A stretch of DNA of 64,000 nt, taken from NCBI RefSeq assembly GCF_020745735.1, contig NC_083410.1:23224117-23288116 (forward strand), written 5' to 3'. The notes beneath the pieces were generated by a model. It was not told the DNA's origin. It searched no databases and saw only the letters and a program-made list of their open reading frames with translations. This DNA is from Hemiscyllium ocellatum. Taxonomy: Eukaryota. Made by a program: the position numbers and the translations under genes. Below are positions 22,535 to 36,182 of the stretch, in pieces. The stretch's first letter is position 1; each line of letters begins with the position of its first letter.

Positions 22535-23113
22535 CTGTACAAAAATAAATCCATTAGAGTATTAGTAGACTTTCAAAACAAAGGGATACATAAACAATGA
22601 TAAAAAATCTTGCACAATATACTGGCCCCTTTTTACTTCCACTATCAAATTTAGTTCAAGTTGTACAGGAAGGCAGCAGATTTAGAACCGTGTGTAGCAA
22701 TTAAACATGGTAAATTTCAAGGTAATCTACTTCATTGAGGGAAATGGAAAATTGAGAGCAGAATCAAAGTGTACAATATATTACTCTTTTCCTAAGTGCA
22801 AATCTTAAGTAATCACACGCTCATCCTGTTAAATATAAGTAACAGTTGGAAATATTCTTTGGAAGCAGCATTTCCACTTTATGCAATAGTACATTACGAA
22901 GAAAAGTTTTTAGTCTGCTCATTCATCATTAAAAAATGCAGAATAATTACACCTTGTTCTAACAGGGCAGTCCTTACAAATTCATACTTCCTCTAATACA
23001 ATCTGAGATTGCAACAAGAAATGTTATACAGATACAAGACAGGGTACTACCCCTTGAACTATTATTGCAAGTTCTCCTTGAACATCCTAAGTTTCTTCCT
23101 TGGGTTTTTATAC

Positions 23114-23403
23114 CTTGGAAGTTGTGGAATTGCCAGTGCTTTGAGTGCAGTGGTGACTTCGGCTATACAAAGCAAAGCACTTCCCAGCACATTCTTTTCC
23201 TCCTCTTCGTTGTTATCTATGACCAGGTCAACAGTGGTTGCTAGAACAGGTACAAATGATTTTTGGTGATTGGCACCAAAGCACCTGCAAAGAAGTTTCA
23301 GGCTGAAAAGGGCTGTCTGGCGGTTAACTGCCTGCTCCACTTCTTTTTGCTTACAGCAAGCAACATTCAGAAGTTCCCCAATCAGACTCAAAAGCAAGGT
23401 GAT
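23114..23403 (-). CDS. HEATR1: HEATR1 exon
   Basis: ccag|ATC...AG|gtataa, 290 nt; ..EQAVNRQTALFSLKLLCRCFG..KNVLGSALLCIAEVTTALKALAIPQLP. Confidence 0.96.
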
Positions 23404-23564
23404 CTGGAGAGAAAAGATACCACACTTAAACAACCACTTCATACAAACATATACAAGCTTGAATAAAAAGACTACAAATATGAATGGAAAAAGTTCATGT
23501 GGGGACATGTAAGACATCTAGCTAGGAGAAAGAAGTTATGAAGAAACAAAAAGATTGAGTAGGA

Positions 23565-23675
23565 GTGAATTACCGCAGTTGTTGGAATCTGTACTGAAAA
23601 TAACAAATGCTGTAAATCACATGGATCCATGGATGCTGCCTGACCCACTGTGATTTCCAGCACTTTTTGTTTTCA
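23565..23675. mobile_element. Collapsed short inverted-repeat element (pLTR-like)
   Basis: tgaaaataacaaatgctgtaaatcaca / tgtgatttccagcactttttgttttca, with the ggatgctgcctgacc motif shared with the 39842 family. Confidence 0.5.
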
Positions 23676-23723
23676 AGAAGATTGAGGGCGTGGGAATCAC
23701 TACAGCAGATTATGTTCAACATG

Positions 23724-24102
23724 ATGCTGAGGGGTGACCTTATAGAGATTTATAAAATCAGGAGGGGCACGGACAGGGTGAATAGACAAGGTCTTTTCCC
23801 CGGGGTAGGGGAGTCCAAAGGTAAAGGGCATAGGTTTATGGTGAGAGAGGAAATATGTAGAAGGGGCAACTTTTTCACATAGAGGGTGGTGCGTGTATGG
23901 AATGGGCTGCCACAGGAGGCGGTGGAGGCTGGTACAATTACAACATTTAAAAGGCATTTGGATGGGTATAAGAATAGGAAAGGTTTAGAGGGATATGGGC
24001 CAAATGCAGGCAAAAGTGACTAGATTAATTTAGGATATCTCGCAGCATAGATGAATTGGACAAAGGGGTCTATTTCTGTGCTGTAGATCTCTATGACTCT
24101 AT
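23724..24102 (+). mobile_element. CR1-type LINE 3' end
   Basis: LRGDLIEIYKI..NFFT; tail atctctatgactctatg. Confidence 0.88.
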
Positions 24103-25672
24103 GTGATACAAACTGGACCATTTTCATAACAAGACAAGGAGCTGCAGAAGAATGCACGTCAGGTCAATCAACATCTCAAGGAGAAATATAGGCTTTCTTT
24201 CATGAATTCCTTGCAGTCCTTAATTTTTTTCATCTTTCAGTCTATCAAATATTCAATTATGACAGAGAAGGTTAATAACTGTCAAAAATACACTTGATGA
24301 ACCTTGAGACCTTTGAAGAAATAATAAAACATTGAAAAGGAAAGTGCACTAGATATTTGCGTATGCGTATTTTCAAAAGGTCTTTGACAAGATAGTGCAT
24401 AAGAGGCTTATGGAGAACATGAAGAGGGCATATCAGCGATGAGCAGCTTGTGTTTTGACAAGAGATTGGGAAAAAAAAGAGTATTTTTATAATTCACAGT
24501 TAAGAGGGACAAAAACAGAAACTGCTATAAATATTTAGTCAGCATGTTGGACAGTTTCTGTACAGGGTTATTTGAGTTCTCACTGAAGTTTATCAACTTG
24601 AAATGTTAATTCTATACTTTTGTACCTTTACACTTGTGGCCTGTCATGTTGAGTGTTTCCAAAATTTTCTATTTTAATTTCAGGCGCCTCGCCCCCATAG
24701 TATTTTATTTCTGCATTAAAGGTTATGGGGCATTCTGACAATGAACACTTTGTGTAGAAACAATGAATGGATAGAATTTTCTTTGTAGTCACAATACCCA
24801 AGACACCTACCCATACACTGAAATATAACTCTCAAGACACCAGAGTACACAGGAAGACCTTCTGGTGGATGATAAATCTGTCATTAACTGAAAAATTCTG
24901 AGGCTACTGGACAATGTTGAGCTCTCCAGCTCTCCATCATTTGCTCTCCTCGAGCATCATTCAGGCCAGAACTTCAACAGGCAAGGCTGGATGAAATGAC
25001 ATGCTGCTCTCAGTTTTCCTTAAACTATCACAGAACAAATAGAAAAGGCACCAATGCTCTCCAGATTCTACATTGTCAGATTAGCAACCCAGATCTGCTG
25101 CTCCGTAGCTGAGAATGACTGCTATAGCATTCAACTGTGAAAGTAAGTGGAATTACATGTATACTTCAAAAGAAATAATGTTATGGCAATGGGAAGAAAA
25201 CAGAGCTCTTTCAAAAGAGTTGTCCTAGCCACAATGATTCAAAAGGCCTCCCTCTAGTGGTGTGGCAGACCAAGGTTGACTTTTGGGATGCTTTTGGGGT
25301 CAGCTTTCTGTGGTTTGAGATGGATATTCTGGTAGAAAGTAGGGATACGGATTAGATCAACTGGTTGTTTTGCTGGAGAGAAGGCTACTTTTTTTAAAAT
25401 GAAACAAGTCAGGCTGGCAGCTTTGTCTTGTTCCTGTATGAAAAATACTTAAGACTGCAATTTGTTCTCAGCATCTGACAGAAATGATCTATACCTTTTC
25501 TTTTCAAGCAGATACCAAGATCAGAGCAACAAAATGAGGATCCAGTTTTCAACATTAAAGATCTCAAGTTGTGAACTTCAAACTGTGACTTTTGCATAAT
25601 ATCCATTTTAAATTGATACTGTTCATTTAGATAGAAAGATCTTTAACTGGTTTAAGAGAATGAGGCACTCAC

Positions 25673-25816
25673 CTGACGTTTCTGCCACACAGTTCTGTGC
25701 TGCTGGAGCTTATTATTCAAGAGATCCATAGCTTTACGTCGAACTGAAGGTAACCGATTGCTTACCAGCCCACGTATCACTGGGATGAAGATTTCTGTCG
25801 GTAACAAGGCATTCAC
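25673..25816 (-). CDS. HEATR1: HEATR1 exon
   Basis: acag|GTG...CAG|gtgagt, 144 nt; VNALLPTEIFIPVIRGLVSNRLPSVRRKAMDLLNNKLQQHRTVWQKRQ. Confidence 0.96.
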
Positions 25817-25964
25817 CTGTATGAAGGAGGTAAAGAAGAATTTAGACAGATTACTTCATAACAGCATCCACATCCAACTTTTATCTGCCAGCCAACTCAA
25901 TCAACCAACAGTAAATGCAACAGAATTGAAATATAAATCAGGTAGAACTAGATAATCTATTGTA

Positions 25965-26180
25965 ACGATGTTGTTTGAGGGATGATCGTTGGCTCTTTCT
26001 CAAAATATGCCAGGCAAATGTGTAAGTCAACGAGAAATGAGAACAGATGTTAAGATAATAGTTTATCTTAATTATGGCACTCCGTCATTGTAACTTTCCT
26101 TCACTGTTACATTCCAGTGTCAGCTTGGATTGTGTGCCCGAGTCATGGAGTAGGACAGAAATGGAACCAAAGCTGACACC
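25965..26180 (-). mobile_element. Degraded DeuSINE-like fragment
   Basis: gatgttgtttgagggatga, cagtgtcagcttggattgtgtgcccgagtc and the agctgacac end resemble the reverse complement of a DeuSINE head and body. Confidence 0.45.
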
Positions 26181-26313
26181 AAAACGAATAATCTTTATCT
26201 TTAGAATATTTTATTGATGTTACATGTAAACGTCTGCTTTTCAGCTTGCTGGAATAGCAAATTCAAACTGAAAAGTACATCAGTGACTGGGAACAGCTAA
26301 GTTGAAAACCTAC

Positions 26314-26437
26314 TTTATCTAAGACATCATAGGACCGGTTGAGTAGAGATCTCCAAAATTTGGCTGTCGGCTTCTCTGCATTCTCCTCCACACTGTGAGC
26401 AACAACGTTAATGTAGCACAGAATTTCCTCCAGCAAA
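26314..26437 (-). CDS. HEATR1: HEATR1 exon
   Basis: ttag|T...AAA|gtaggt, 124 nt; LLEEILCYINVVAHSVEENAEKPTAKFWRSLLNRSYDVLDK. Confidence 0.95.
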
Positions 26438-27149
26438 CTAAGAAAACAAAACAAGATCAATTCACTAAAGAACACTCAGGAAAAAATAATACAGGATTAA
26501 ATGCAACACAATAACTAACAGTTTACAAAAATAAAATGAATATCACAGTTCATGTGGAACCATAGTTTAGTGGTTTACGCATTTGCTTCAAATATCATAC
26601 AAAGTAATAGGACAATGTGCTTCTGGGTACACACAAGGAGATCCTCTCCCCACAATAAGATCGCAGCATTAGCAATTTCCAATCTGTACTTTCAACCATC
26701 CTTTTCTCTTTTTATTCAGACTAATAGGAGGATAGTCTGAATTATGATAAATTCAAACACTCAAGTAGTTCTATCACCCTAACACTAACAGTACTACTCA
26801 GCATCTAGACTGCAGTGTTGAAGAAGCTAGCCCATTACCAGTTGGGTGTGAAATGCAGCCTCACCAGCTTTATTCATATCAGAGGGCAAATAAAAGTAAC
26901 TAAGACTTACAATTCTTCAGGTTCTTTTCTTGAATATATGATCATTTTATGTGGCTATTTTACTCAGTTTTATATTTGTTTCTGTGCAGATGACAGTTGG
27001 CTGTAAGCTTATGGCTGTTTCTTGTTGTTGCACACAGAGTCTGTACTATTAGATTAATGATTGCCCATCAGAACTGAACTTGGTGAGAAATTAACTACAG
27101 CTGAACAGCATAAACACCATAGGCGCTGTTAGGTTTTGGATTTCCTTTT

Positions 27150-27760
27150 GACTTAATGTTAACATGCAGGATCAGTTGCAGTTATGCAAATGCAATGTTA
27201 GTGTTCATTTCAAGAGGTACGAGAAGACAAGAGCAGAGATGTACTGCTGAAGCTGTATAAGATTCTGGTATCATACAGCATTTGGAATACGGAGAGCAGT
27301 TTTAGGCCCCATATCTAAGGAAGGTTGTGCTAGCTTTGGAAGGTACCCAGAGGAGGCTCACAAAAATGACCCCAGGAATGAAGGGTTTGTCATATAAGGA
27401 GCGGTTAAGGATTCTGGGTCTGTACTCAATGGAGTTTAGAAGCATGAGGGGTGATCTCATTGAAACTTACAGAATTCAGAGAGGTCTGGATAGAGTGGAT
27501 GTGCAGATGATGTTTCCACTAGTAGGACAGACTAGGACCTGAAGGCACTGCCTCAGGATGAAGGGATGATGTTTTAGAACAGTGATGAGGAGGAATTTCT
27601 TCAGCCAAAGGGTGGTTAATCTATGGAGCTCATTGCCACAGAAGGCTGTGGAGGCTAAGGTCATTGAGTGTATTTTAGCTCGAGATAGATAGGGTCTTAA
27701 TTAGTAAGGAGATCAAAGGTTACTGGGAGGAGGTGGGAGAATGGGATTGAGAAACATATG
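27150..27760 (+). mobile_element. CR1-type LINE fragment
   Basis: ORF 27327-27542 GMKGLSYKERLRILGLYSMEFRSMRGDLIETYRI. Confidence 0.85.
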
Positions 27761-28891
27761 GTCTATTATTTTCCACACAGAAAATTGGAAATGAGTTCCA
27801 TGAAGCAATACAATTTTTGCAGGGTGATATCCTCCTTGTAGCATCCCTGCTTCTGACCGAGAAGCTCTAAGTTAAAGTTGTATTCAGAAAACTGATAGAC
27901 AAGGCACGTACATTCATAACAAGTCAGACGGTAAGAGTGAGAAAGATACATAGCTCCAGACTACAACATGCATGTAAAAATTACTATGTGCAATTGGATT
28001 TCTGGGAGGGGTCAATTGGTGGGATGGCTGATATGGATCAGATTGATGCCAACAACATCAGGTTTAATCCTCTTGTGTAGCTGGGGATTTGGGACCTGCT
28101 TCGTTGAATCTTGAGGCAGGTTAATATGGGACACACTTCCCTTCAGGCAGGGGACTTAAGAAGAACATTCTCCTATTGCAGCAGTCGCTGAGTTTAAATT
28201 TTAATATGCTACCTTGCTTCAAGTTTTCTACAAACATCTATGTCTGTTGGGATGGCTTAATAATTTGAGTCCTGCTTTGCATTCTGCATATATGTAGCCA
28301 CTATCATTGATGGACCTACTGGCAAATTATTCAATGGGAAAGTTAGAGAGACAGCCCCACACTTCATGAAGTCAGATGTAACAAAAAAAAAGAGGAATAT
28401 CTATTTCTCTGAACAGCCAATTAACATGATCTATTGAGAGAAACACTCAGGTCATTTATTATAAAACCAGCACTGACTAAGTTGCAAAATTAGGACCAGC
28501 CAAAAGCAAACAGTAGTCAGACTGCTGACCCAGGTAGGACTACATGGTTCATTATTTTCCTTATTCATGAGGATCTGAAGCTAAGCAGTCAGATGATCTT
28601 ATTTACTTATAAAATAACATTTCAACAATTTGCATCACTGAGATATTTGAGCAGTGCCAGGGAGGAGACCCAAGAAATACATGATAACCAGTTCAGATTA
28701 CAAGCGAGTACTTCTGTCCCTACACTTATTTACATTGATAAATGACTAGATATTGGACAATACAGCAGGATTCTGAACGTCAGACATGGAGACTGTCAAT
28801 AGGAGGGACAGCACAGCTGAACCCCAGTCAATACCTAAACCAGACCAAAGATTTATAACAATCATATACAACACAACAGATGAACGGTTAC

Positions 28892-28941
28892 CTTTGTTCA
28901 AGCTTCTGCAAAACTTCTTCAGGATTATCACATTCTGCGAC
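28892..28941 (-). CDS. HEATR1: HEATR1 50-nt exon
   Basis: ttag|GTC...AG|gtaacc; VAECDNPEEVLQKLEQ. Required to join the phase-0 donor at 32273 to the phase-2 acceptor at 26437. Confidence 0.9.
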
Positions 28942-29279
28942 CTAATATAAAAACAAGAAACTCAGTGAGCACACTTAATATTTAACAGGAGCTATTTTAT
29001 AAAACCATCTTTCAGCACGGTGTAAAGAATTCTCAACACTGATTTTCTTGGCCCATACATCTGTGTTAATGTTTACATTCCACATGTGCCTCCTTCAGTT
29101 TAATCACCTCTTCACACAGCACTCCAAGTTTATCTATTACATTCTCTCTCATCAAGCTAACAAGGCCTCCTTTTAATACCCATTAAAATGACTGTAATTA
29201 GCAAATTCAAATTCAAATGTAAGAAACATGGTTTGATTTAATCTGACAACACAAAGGATAAATCATTATTAAATCATTA

Positions 29280-29500
29280 CAGGGCATAGGTTTAAGGTGA
29301 GAGGGGAAAGATTTAACAGGGACCTAAGGTGTAACTTTTCAAGCAGAGGGTGGTGCATGTTTGGAATGAGCTGCCAGAGGAAGTGGCAGAGGCTGGTACA
29401 AGTACAACATTTAATAGGTAATTGGATGGATATATGAATTGGAAGGATTTAGAGGGATATGGGCCAAATGCTGGCAAATGGGACTAGATTAATTTAGGAT
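29280..29500 (+). mobile_element. CR1-type LINE 3' fragment (tail resumes at ~29808 after the SINE)
   Basis: agggcataggtttaaggtgagagggg...tggaatgagctgccagaggaagtgg. Confidence 0.85.
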
Positions 29501-29501
29501 A

Positions 29502-29805
29502 TTAGATTAGATTACATTACTTACAGTGTGGAAACAGGCCCTTCGGCCCAACAAGTCCACACCGACCCGCCAAAGCGCACCCACCCAGACCCATTCCCCT
29601 ATATTTACCCTAACACTAAGGGCTATTTTAGCATGGCCAATTCACCCAACATGCACATTTTTGGACTGTGGGAGGAAACCAGAGCACCCGGAGGAAACCC
29701 ACGCAGACACAGGGAGAATGTGCAAACTCCACACAATCAGTCGCCTCAGGCGGGAATTGAACTTGGGTCTCTGGCGCTGCTAACCACTGTACCACCGTGC
29801 CGCCC
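29502..29805 (-). mobile_element. V-SINE (HE1-like)
   Basis: Same family as 1379-1684; (attag)n tail on +. Confidence 0.9.
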
Positions 29806-29919
29806 ACCTATGACTCTATTATCATAAAAATGTAAGTAACAGACCAATAAAGAAGAGTGATAATTAACAAAATAAAATTAAAAATAGATCACCCTGGCAG
29901 CACTTTCCGTTCAGGATTA

Positions 29920-30391
29920 CAGGTTGTACCTCCTTTATCCAGCACATATTAGTCTGGGACCACATTTCTTCTGGTTTAAGACACGTTCCATAGCTCATTC
30001 TTTATAGGGTGATTTTGAAATTCATAGTAAAAAGTTAGAACTCAGTAACAAGTAGTTTATTGCTAGTTAGAGGAAATAGTTGTTAATTACTGACAAGGTT
30101 TACTGCTAATTACAGACTGGGTTTACTCGCTAGTATCCTGGTGTGATCTTCTTCCCCACTGACACTCTCAGAACTCCACTATGAGGTGTTAGTATTCTGA
30201 AACCCTTCCTTAAAGTTGTCTTTTTTCAATACCAACACCTCATCCTCTTTGGAAATGCCAGAAGCAAAGGGACTGCACAGGTCAAGATTATGGGGATTAT
30301 ATTGGACACATGACCTTCCAATGGCCTGGCAACACTCCCCTCCTGGCAAAGTCTAGATCCCAAGGCTGCTGGATAACAGAGGTGCAACCTA
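29920..30391. mobile_element. Non-autonomous pogo/Tigger-type DNA transposon
   Basis: TA-caggttgtacctcctttatccagca ... tgctggataacagaggtgcaaccta: imperfect 25 bp TIRs. Confidence 0.65.
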
Positions 30392-32272
30392 TCGTAAATT
30401 AATGCATTCCAGTGATCTATGGGATCACTGAAACAACAAGAAATGCTAGAAATGCTCAGGCTGTCAATGTAACATTAACTCTATTTTCCTCTTCACAAGT
30501 TGATGACCATTCATTTAAACATTTATTTGGTTTGAGCCAACACTTTTAAAAATATATATTTCTTCCACAGCCGAAGCCCTCTGACAATGTTTCTATGCTT
30601 GACAGATAATATGCTTGTCTAAAGTTTTTTTCAAATCATCATAATCTCTAAATAACTTATCGAGACCTCTATGAGTGACATTTTAGATTATTTTTAATCA
30701 TTACACACATGAAGCAATTTCAGATTCTTCTCATTAGAAATTAAATTTGTTGCTAACTAGACATTTGAAATTCCCAAATAAATTGTTCAGTCAGGAATTA
30801 GCTTGAAAATATACTGTCATAAGTAATGCAAAAAACAGATTGCTCTTATTTAAGTTAAATAGATGGTGGACTGACACATTGTAGTAGAACTCGGAATGGG
30901 CAATATGGGATTACATAGGAAACATGGCATAGAAACAAACCACTGGACCCAACCGGTCCACATCAAGAACTATTCTGGTACTGTTGAAGAAAAAAAGTTA
31001 TGCTGTTGAAGGTTTTCATCAGGATATGTGGAATAATAACAAATTTGAAAGGGAGCAATAATTTATACTGCATGAGAAAGAATAATGTGACATTGAGAGA
31101 CCCACTGACCACCTTTGCGTTTCATAGTAATTCATACCATATCTGGTATCATTCAGTTGTGTATTCTGCAAACTAATGAATGGGCTTAAGTCAGACCACC
31201 ACTTTTGAAATTCAACATTGCCCACTATCACTAAATCACCCTGGAAGGGAAAGTATCTCAAAAATTTGAGCAACAGAGCTAACCATGTCATGCTGCGGCA
31301 ACATGAATGGTATTTTCCATTAATAGGATGCTGCCATCAAAACAAAAAGATGTTTCCCCCTACCACACAACTGAGTAACGAGGTAAATGAAGTTCAGGGC
31401 CACTGCAAAAGAATTGACTTGCCAACCAACCAGCGCCATTTTCTCATGTAATAATGATGGCTGCTCCCTTTCTTACACCTGTCTTGATGAGTACCAGATG
31501 AAAATCTTTGACAGCATCTCTCTGTTTCTCAGTAATATTCAAGTTTTGTGATATCCACCAACTGTTTATGTTTCTGTCTTTTATCATCTCAATCCACCAA
31601 CGTAACCCTGCCTCCCTTTCTAGTTCATATGTTTGTCTAGCTTCCCTTTAAATGTACCTATACTATTCGCTTCAAACCACTGGCTGTAACAACAAGTTTT
31701 ACATCCTCACCTCTTTTTGGACCATTTGGTTTCTTCTGAATTCCACAATGAATTTCTTGGTGATTTTTAGGATGACTACTAGCTATCCTCTTATTCACAA
31801 GTGGAAATATTCTCTGTGAACCAATTTTTCAAAACCTTTCATAATTTTAAAGATCTGTATTAGGTGTTTTTCAACAGGAAATAGGCCCAATTGTCAACGT
31901 GTTCCTGATATGTATATCCATGCATTTCATATCAAGTAAACTTTCACTGCACTTTCTCCAGTGCTCCTATATCCTTTTTAATAACTGACTTATTATTTTT
32001 GGCAGTTGTTGTAAAAGAAAATACAGGCATTAAGAGTAACAGACTTTGCTATGGACCAGAAGTATTTGCGATATTTATTTGAATCTACAGTATTTGGTGG
32101 ATATCCACTGCATGTCAATGGATAACACTGTTCCATTCCACTGGAGAAATAACAAATGATCAGATGCCTAATGCTAGACGAAAGCTTCTTTAGTATCAAG
32201 TACCAAAATATTCAATGATGCATAAACCTTTGGGTACAAATAATTAAATGTATACAAACAAAGCAAAATTAC

Positions 32273-32445
32273 CTTTCCAACAAAGCTGCTGGAGGCAAGA
32301 ATCTGAGCCATGAATGAGACAGAAAGAAATTTGAAATGCCGTAGTTGTTTGGCTGTGTGCGTGTCTATGTTGAACAGTGGTTCCTCTTCACTCTGGTTTC
32401 TTGCTTTGCTTCCCTTTGTCCTCATTTTTCTCTGTCCTTCAGTTT
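32273..32445 (-). CDS. HEATR1: HEATR1 exon
   Basis: aaaag|AA...AAG|gtaatt, 173 nt; TEGQRK...LFNIDTHTAKQLRHFKFLSVSFMAQILASSSFVGK. Confidence 0.93.
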
Positions 32446-32516
32446 CTTTTAAAGGAAGTACATTCAAGAAATGAATTTGCAATAATAACACATGGTATGT
32501 GTTAACAAAGAATGAG

Positions 32517-33369
32517 TAGAGTCAAGATTAGAGTGATGCTGGAAAAGCACAGCAGGTCAGGCAGCATCCAAGGAGCAGGAGAATTGACATTGTGGGCAGG
32601 AGCCCTTCATCAGGAGTGATGCAACGCATCATCCTCCACCATTTCCACCATGTACAAACAGACCCCACCACCACAGATATATTTCCCTTCCCTCACCTAT
32701 TTGTGTTCCACAGAGACCATTCCCTCCGCAACTCCCTTGTTAAGTCCATGTTCCCCACCAACACACCCCTGACTCCTAACACCCTCCCTTGCCACCACAA
32801 GACGTGTAAAACCTGTGCCCACATCTCCATCCAAAGCCCCAAAGGATCTTTCCACATCTGACAGATTTTCCTGCACCTCCACTCATGTCATCTACTGTGT
32901 CCATTGCTTCCGATGTGGTCTCCTCTACACTGGGGAGACAGGACGCCAACTTGCAGAATGTTTCAGAGAACATCTCTGGGACACGCACTAAACAACCCCA
33001 CCACCCAGCTGCTGAACACTGCAACTCCCTCTCCCACTCTGCAAGTCCTGGGCCACCTCCACTGCCAAACACTAGCCACCCGACGCCTAGAGGAAAAACA
33101 CCTCATCTTCCACCTTGAGACCCTCCAACCACACAAGATCAATGTCAACTTCACCAGTTTCCTCATCTCCCCTCCTCCTACCTTATCCCAGATCCAATCC
33201 TCCAACTCGGCACCACCCTCTTGAACTGTCCTACCTGTCCATCTTCCTCTCTGATCTACCACTATCACCCCCCACCTTCATCTACCTATTGAATTCCCAG
33301 CTACCCTCCCACAGCCCCACCCCTCCCATTTATCTCTCAGCCCCTGTGGGCTCCCCCCACATTCCTGAT
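32517..33369 (+). mobile_element. Penelope-like element remnant (Cys-rich linker and GIY-YIG) with an inverted hammerhead-bearing pLTR at its 5' side
   Basis: FHRDHSLRNSLV, CHHKTCKTCAHI, HVIYCVHCFRCGLLYTGETGR, RRLEEKHLIFHLETLQPHKINVNF across frameshifts. 32517-32614 is an inverted copy of the 39842-type arm. Confidence 0.85.
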
Positions 33370-33372
33370 AAT

Positions 33373-33685
33373 TTGATTAGATTAGACTTACAGTGTGGAA
33401 ACAGGCCCTTCGGCCCAACAAGTCCACACCGACCCGCCAAAGCGCAACCCACCCATACCCCTACATTCACCCGTTACCTAACACTACGGGCAATTTAGCA
33501 TAGCCAATTCACCTGACCCGCACATCTTTGGACTGTGGGAGGAAACCGGAGCACCCGGAGGAAACCCACGCAGACACGGGGAGAACGTGCAAACTCCACA
33601 CAGTCAGTCGCCTGAGTCGGGAATTGAACCCGGGTCTCAGGCGCTGTGAGGCTGCAGTGCTAACCACTGTGCCACCGTGCCGCCC
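33373..33685 (-). mobile_element. V-SINE (HE1-like), young
   Basis: Full head to (attag)n tail; near-identical to 1379-1684. Confidence 0.92.
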
Positions 33686-33889
33686 ATAATATTAACATGC
33701 AAAAGGAAACAATGTTAAGCAGAGTCCCAAGGTTCTCAGGAAGCTTTTAAAAACTGTTGAACACTACAAAAACTAGAAACCTGAAAGGTTGAACTATACA
33801 AAAACTAGAAACCGGAAAAAAAAAACTTGCGCAATAAAGATCACTGCACCAATCACAGCCACATTAGTTCCTCCAATTATGTCATTCTT

Positions 33890-35510
33890 TAGAGTCATAG
33901 AGATGTACAGCACGGAAACAGACCCTTCGGTCCAACCCATCCGTGCCGACCAGTTATCCCCACCCAATCTAGTCCCACCTGCCAGCACTTGGCCCATATC
34001 CCTCCAAACCCTTCCTATTCATATACCTACCCAGATGCCTTTTAATTGCTGCAATTGTACCAGCCTCCACCACTTCCGCTAGCAGCCCATTCCACACACA
34101 CACCACCCTCTGCATGAAAACGTTGCCCTCTAGGTCTCTTATATATCTTTCCAGTCTCAATCTAAACCTATGCCCTCAAGTTCTGGACTCACCTACCCCA
34201 GGCAAAAGACTTTGTCTATTTATCCTATCCATGCCCCTCATGATTTTATAAACCTCTATAAGGTCACCCCTCAGCCTCTGACGCTCCAGGGAAAACAGCC
34301 CCAGCCTGTTCAGCCTCTCCCTCTAGCTCAAATTCTCTAACCATGACAATATCCTTGTAAATCTTTTCTGAATCCTTTCAAGTTTCACGACATCCTTCCG
34401 ATAGGAAGGAGACCAGAATTGCACACAATGTTCCAAAAGTGGCCTAACCAATGTCCTGTACAGCTGCAACATGACCTCCCAACTCCTGTACTCAATACTC
34501 TGACTAATAAAACAAAGCATACCAAACGCCTTCTTCACTATCTTAATTACCCGTGACCCTACTTTCAAGGAGCTATGAATCTGCACTCCAAGGTTCCTTC
34601 CGCTAGAGAAGCTTACCATTAAGTGTATAAGTCCTGCTAAGATTTGCTTTCCCAAAATGCAGCACCTCACACTTATCTAAATTAAACTCCATCTGCCACT
34701 TCTCAGCCCATTGGCTCATCTGATCAAGATCCCATTGTAATCTCAGGTAATCTTCTTCGCTGTCCACTGCACCTCCAATTTTGGTGTCATCTGCAAACTT
34801 ACGAACTGTACCTCTTACGCTCACATCCAAATCATTTATATAAATGATGAAATGTAGTGGACCCAGCACCAATCCTTGTGGCACTTCACTGGTCACAGGC
34901 CTACAGTCTGAAAAACAACCCTTCACCACCTCTACTTTTGAGCCAGTTCTGTATCCAAATGGCTTGTTCTCCCTGTATTCCATGAGATCTCACCTTGCTA
35001 ACCAATCTCCCATGGGGAACCTTGTTGAAAGCCTTACTGAAGTCCATATAGATCACGTCTACCGCTCTGCCCTCATCAATCCTCTTGTTACTTCATCAAA
35101 AAACTCAATCAAGTTTGTGAGACAAGATTTCCCATGCATACAGCCATGCTGACTATCCCTAATCAGTCCGTGCCTTCCCAAATACATGTTTACCCCATTC
35201 CTCAGGATTCCCTCCAACAACGTGCCCACCACTGACATCAGGCTCGCGGGTCTGTAGTTTCCTGGCTTGTCCTTATCACCTTTCTTAGATAGTGGCACCA
35301 CATTAGCCAACTTCCAGTCTTCTGGCACTCACCTGTGACTATCAATGATACCCAGCAATCGCTTCCCACAGAATTCTAGGATACACCTGATCAGGTCCTG
35401 GGGATTTAACCACTTTTATGCATTTCAAAACATTCAGTAATTCCTCCTCTGCAATATGGACATTTTTCAAGCTGTCACCAACTATTTCCCTACATTCTAT
35501 ATCCTTCATG
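33890..35510 (-). mobile_element. CR1-type LINE (HER1-like), 5'-truncated
   Basis: PEDWKLANVVPL..GNYRPASL, PQGLVLGPLHFIIYINDLD..KFADDTK, RPLLEHCVQFWSP; 3' tail at 33890. Confidence 0.93.
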
Positions 35511-36052
35511 TCCTTAAGTTTGAAAATATACTAAAAAGTGCCAAATTAACTTTACCTTAAATAGAATTATCTGCACTTTTTTTTTAAGCAGTGAAGCAAT
35601 CTGAAATATCAATTAAATCCAGCTTAAACTGACTGGGTGAACTTTACTCAATATCTTTCTGCTTGTCCACTATAATATCAGTGGAACAGCCATGGAAATA
35701 GCAGGAAAAATGCTATTTTGCAGGGTACCTGCAGTGTTTTTAATGAGGTTACAACAGATAAATATGAGAATTCTCATGAATATTTACATCCAGGCATCTG
35801 AGATAAAGTCTGAAGATTAATAAACAGGAAGAATATAAATAGTGCTTTAAAATCAAATGAGTTCCCTCAGTGAACATTTTGTTTCGATAAGTAATTTAGT
35901 TATAATACTGAAATGTTTGGGGAGACAGAACAGCAGCATTTTGAACATTCCGCTCTGGTAAATACATTTACTCTTTCCTATTTAAATGCCCCTTTTTATT
36001 GATATGATACAAAGAGCACCACATGAAGTAATGACATCTATTGTGTACTTAC

Positions 36053-36182
36053 TATCTTCCTTTTCTTCTGGGAGCTTTGCTAAGTAACGCAAAATATTGA
36101 TGAAGCTCTGGATCTGCTCCTGAGCACTGAACTCGCAACAAACAGCAATCCAAAACTCAACATCTCTTTCTACAGCAGCTTC
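36053..36182 (-). CDS. HEATR1: HEATR1 exon
   Basis: gacag|GAA...GATA|gtaagt, 130 nt; EAAVERDVEFWIAVCCEFSAQEQIQSFINILRYLAKLPEEKED. Confidence 0.95.
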
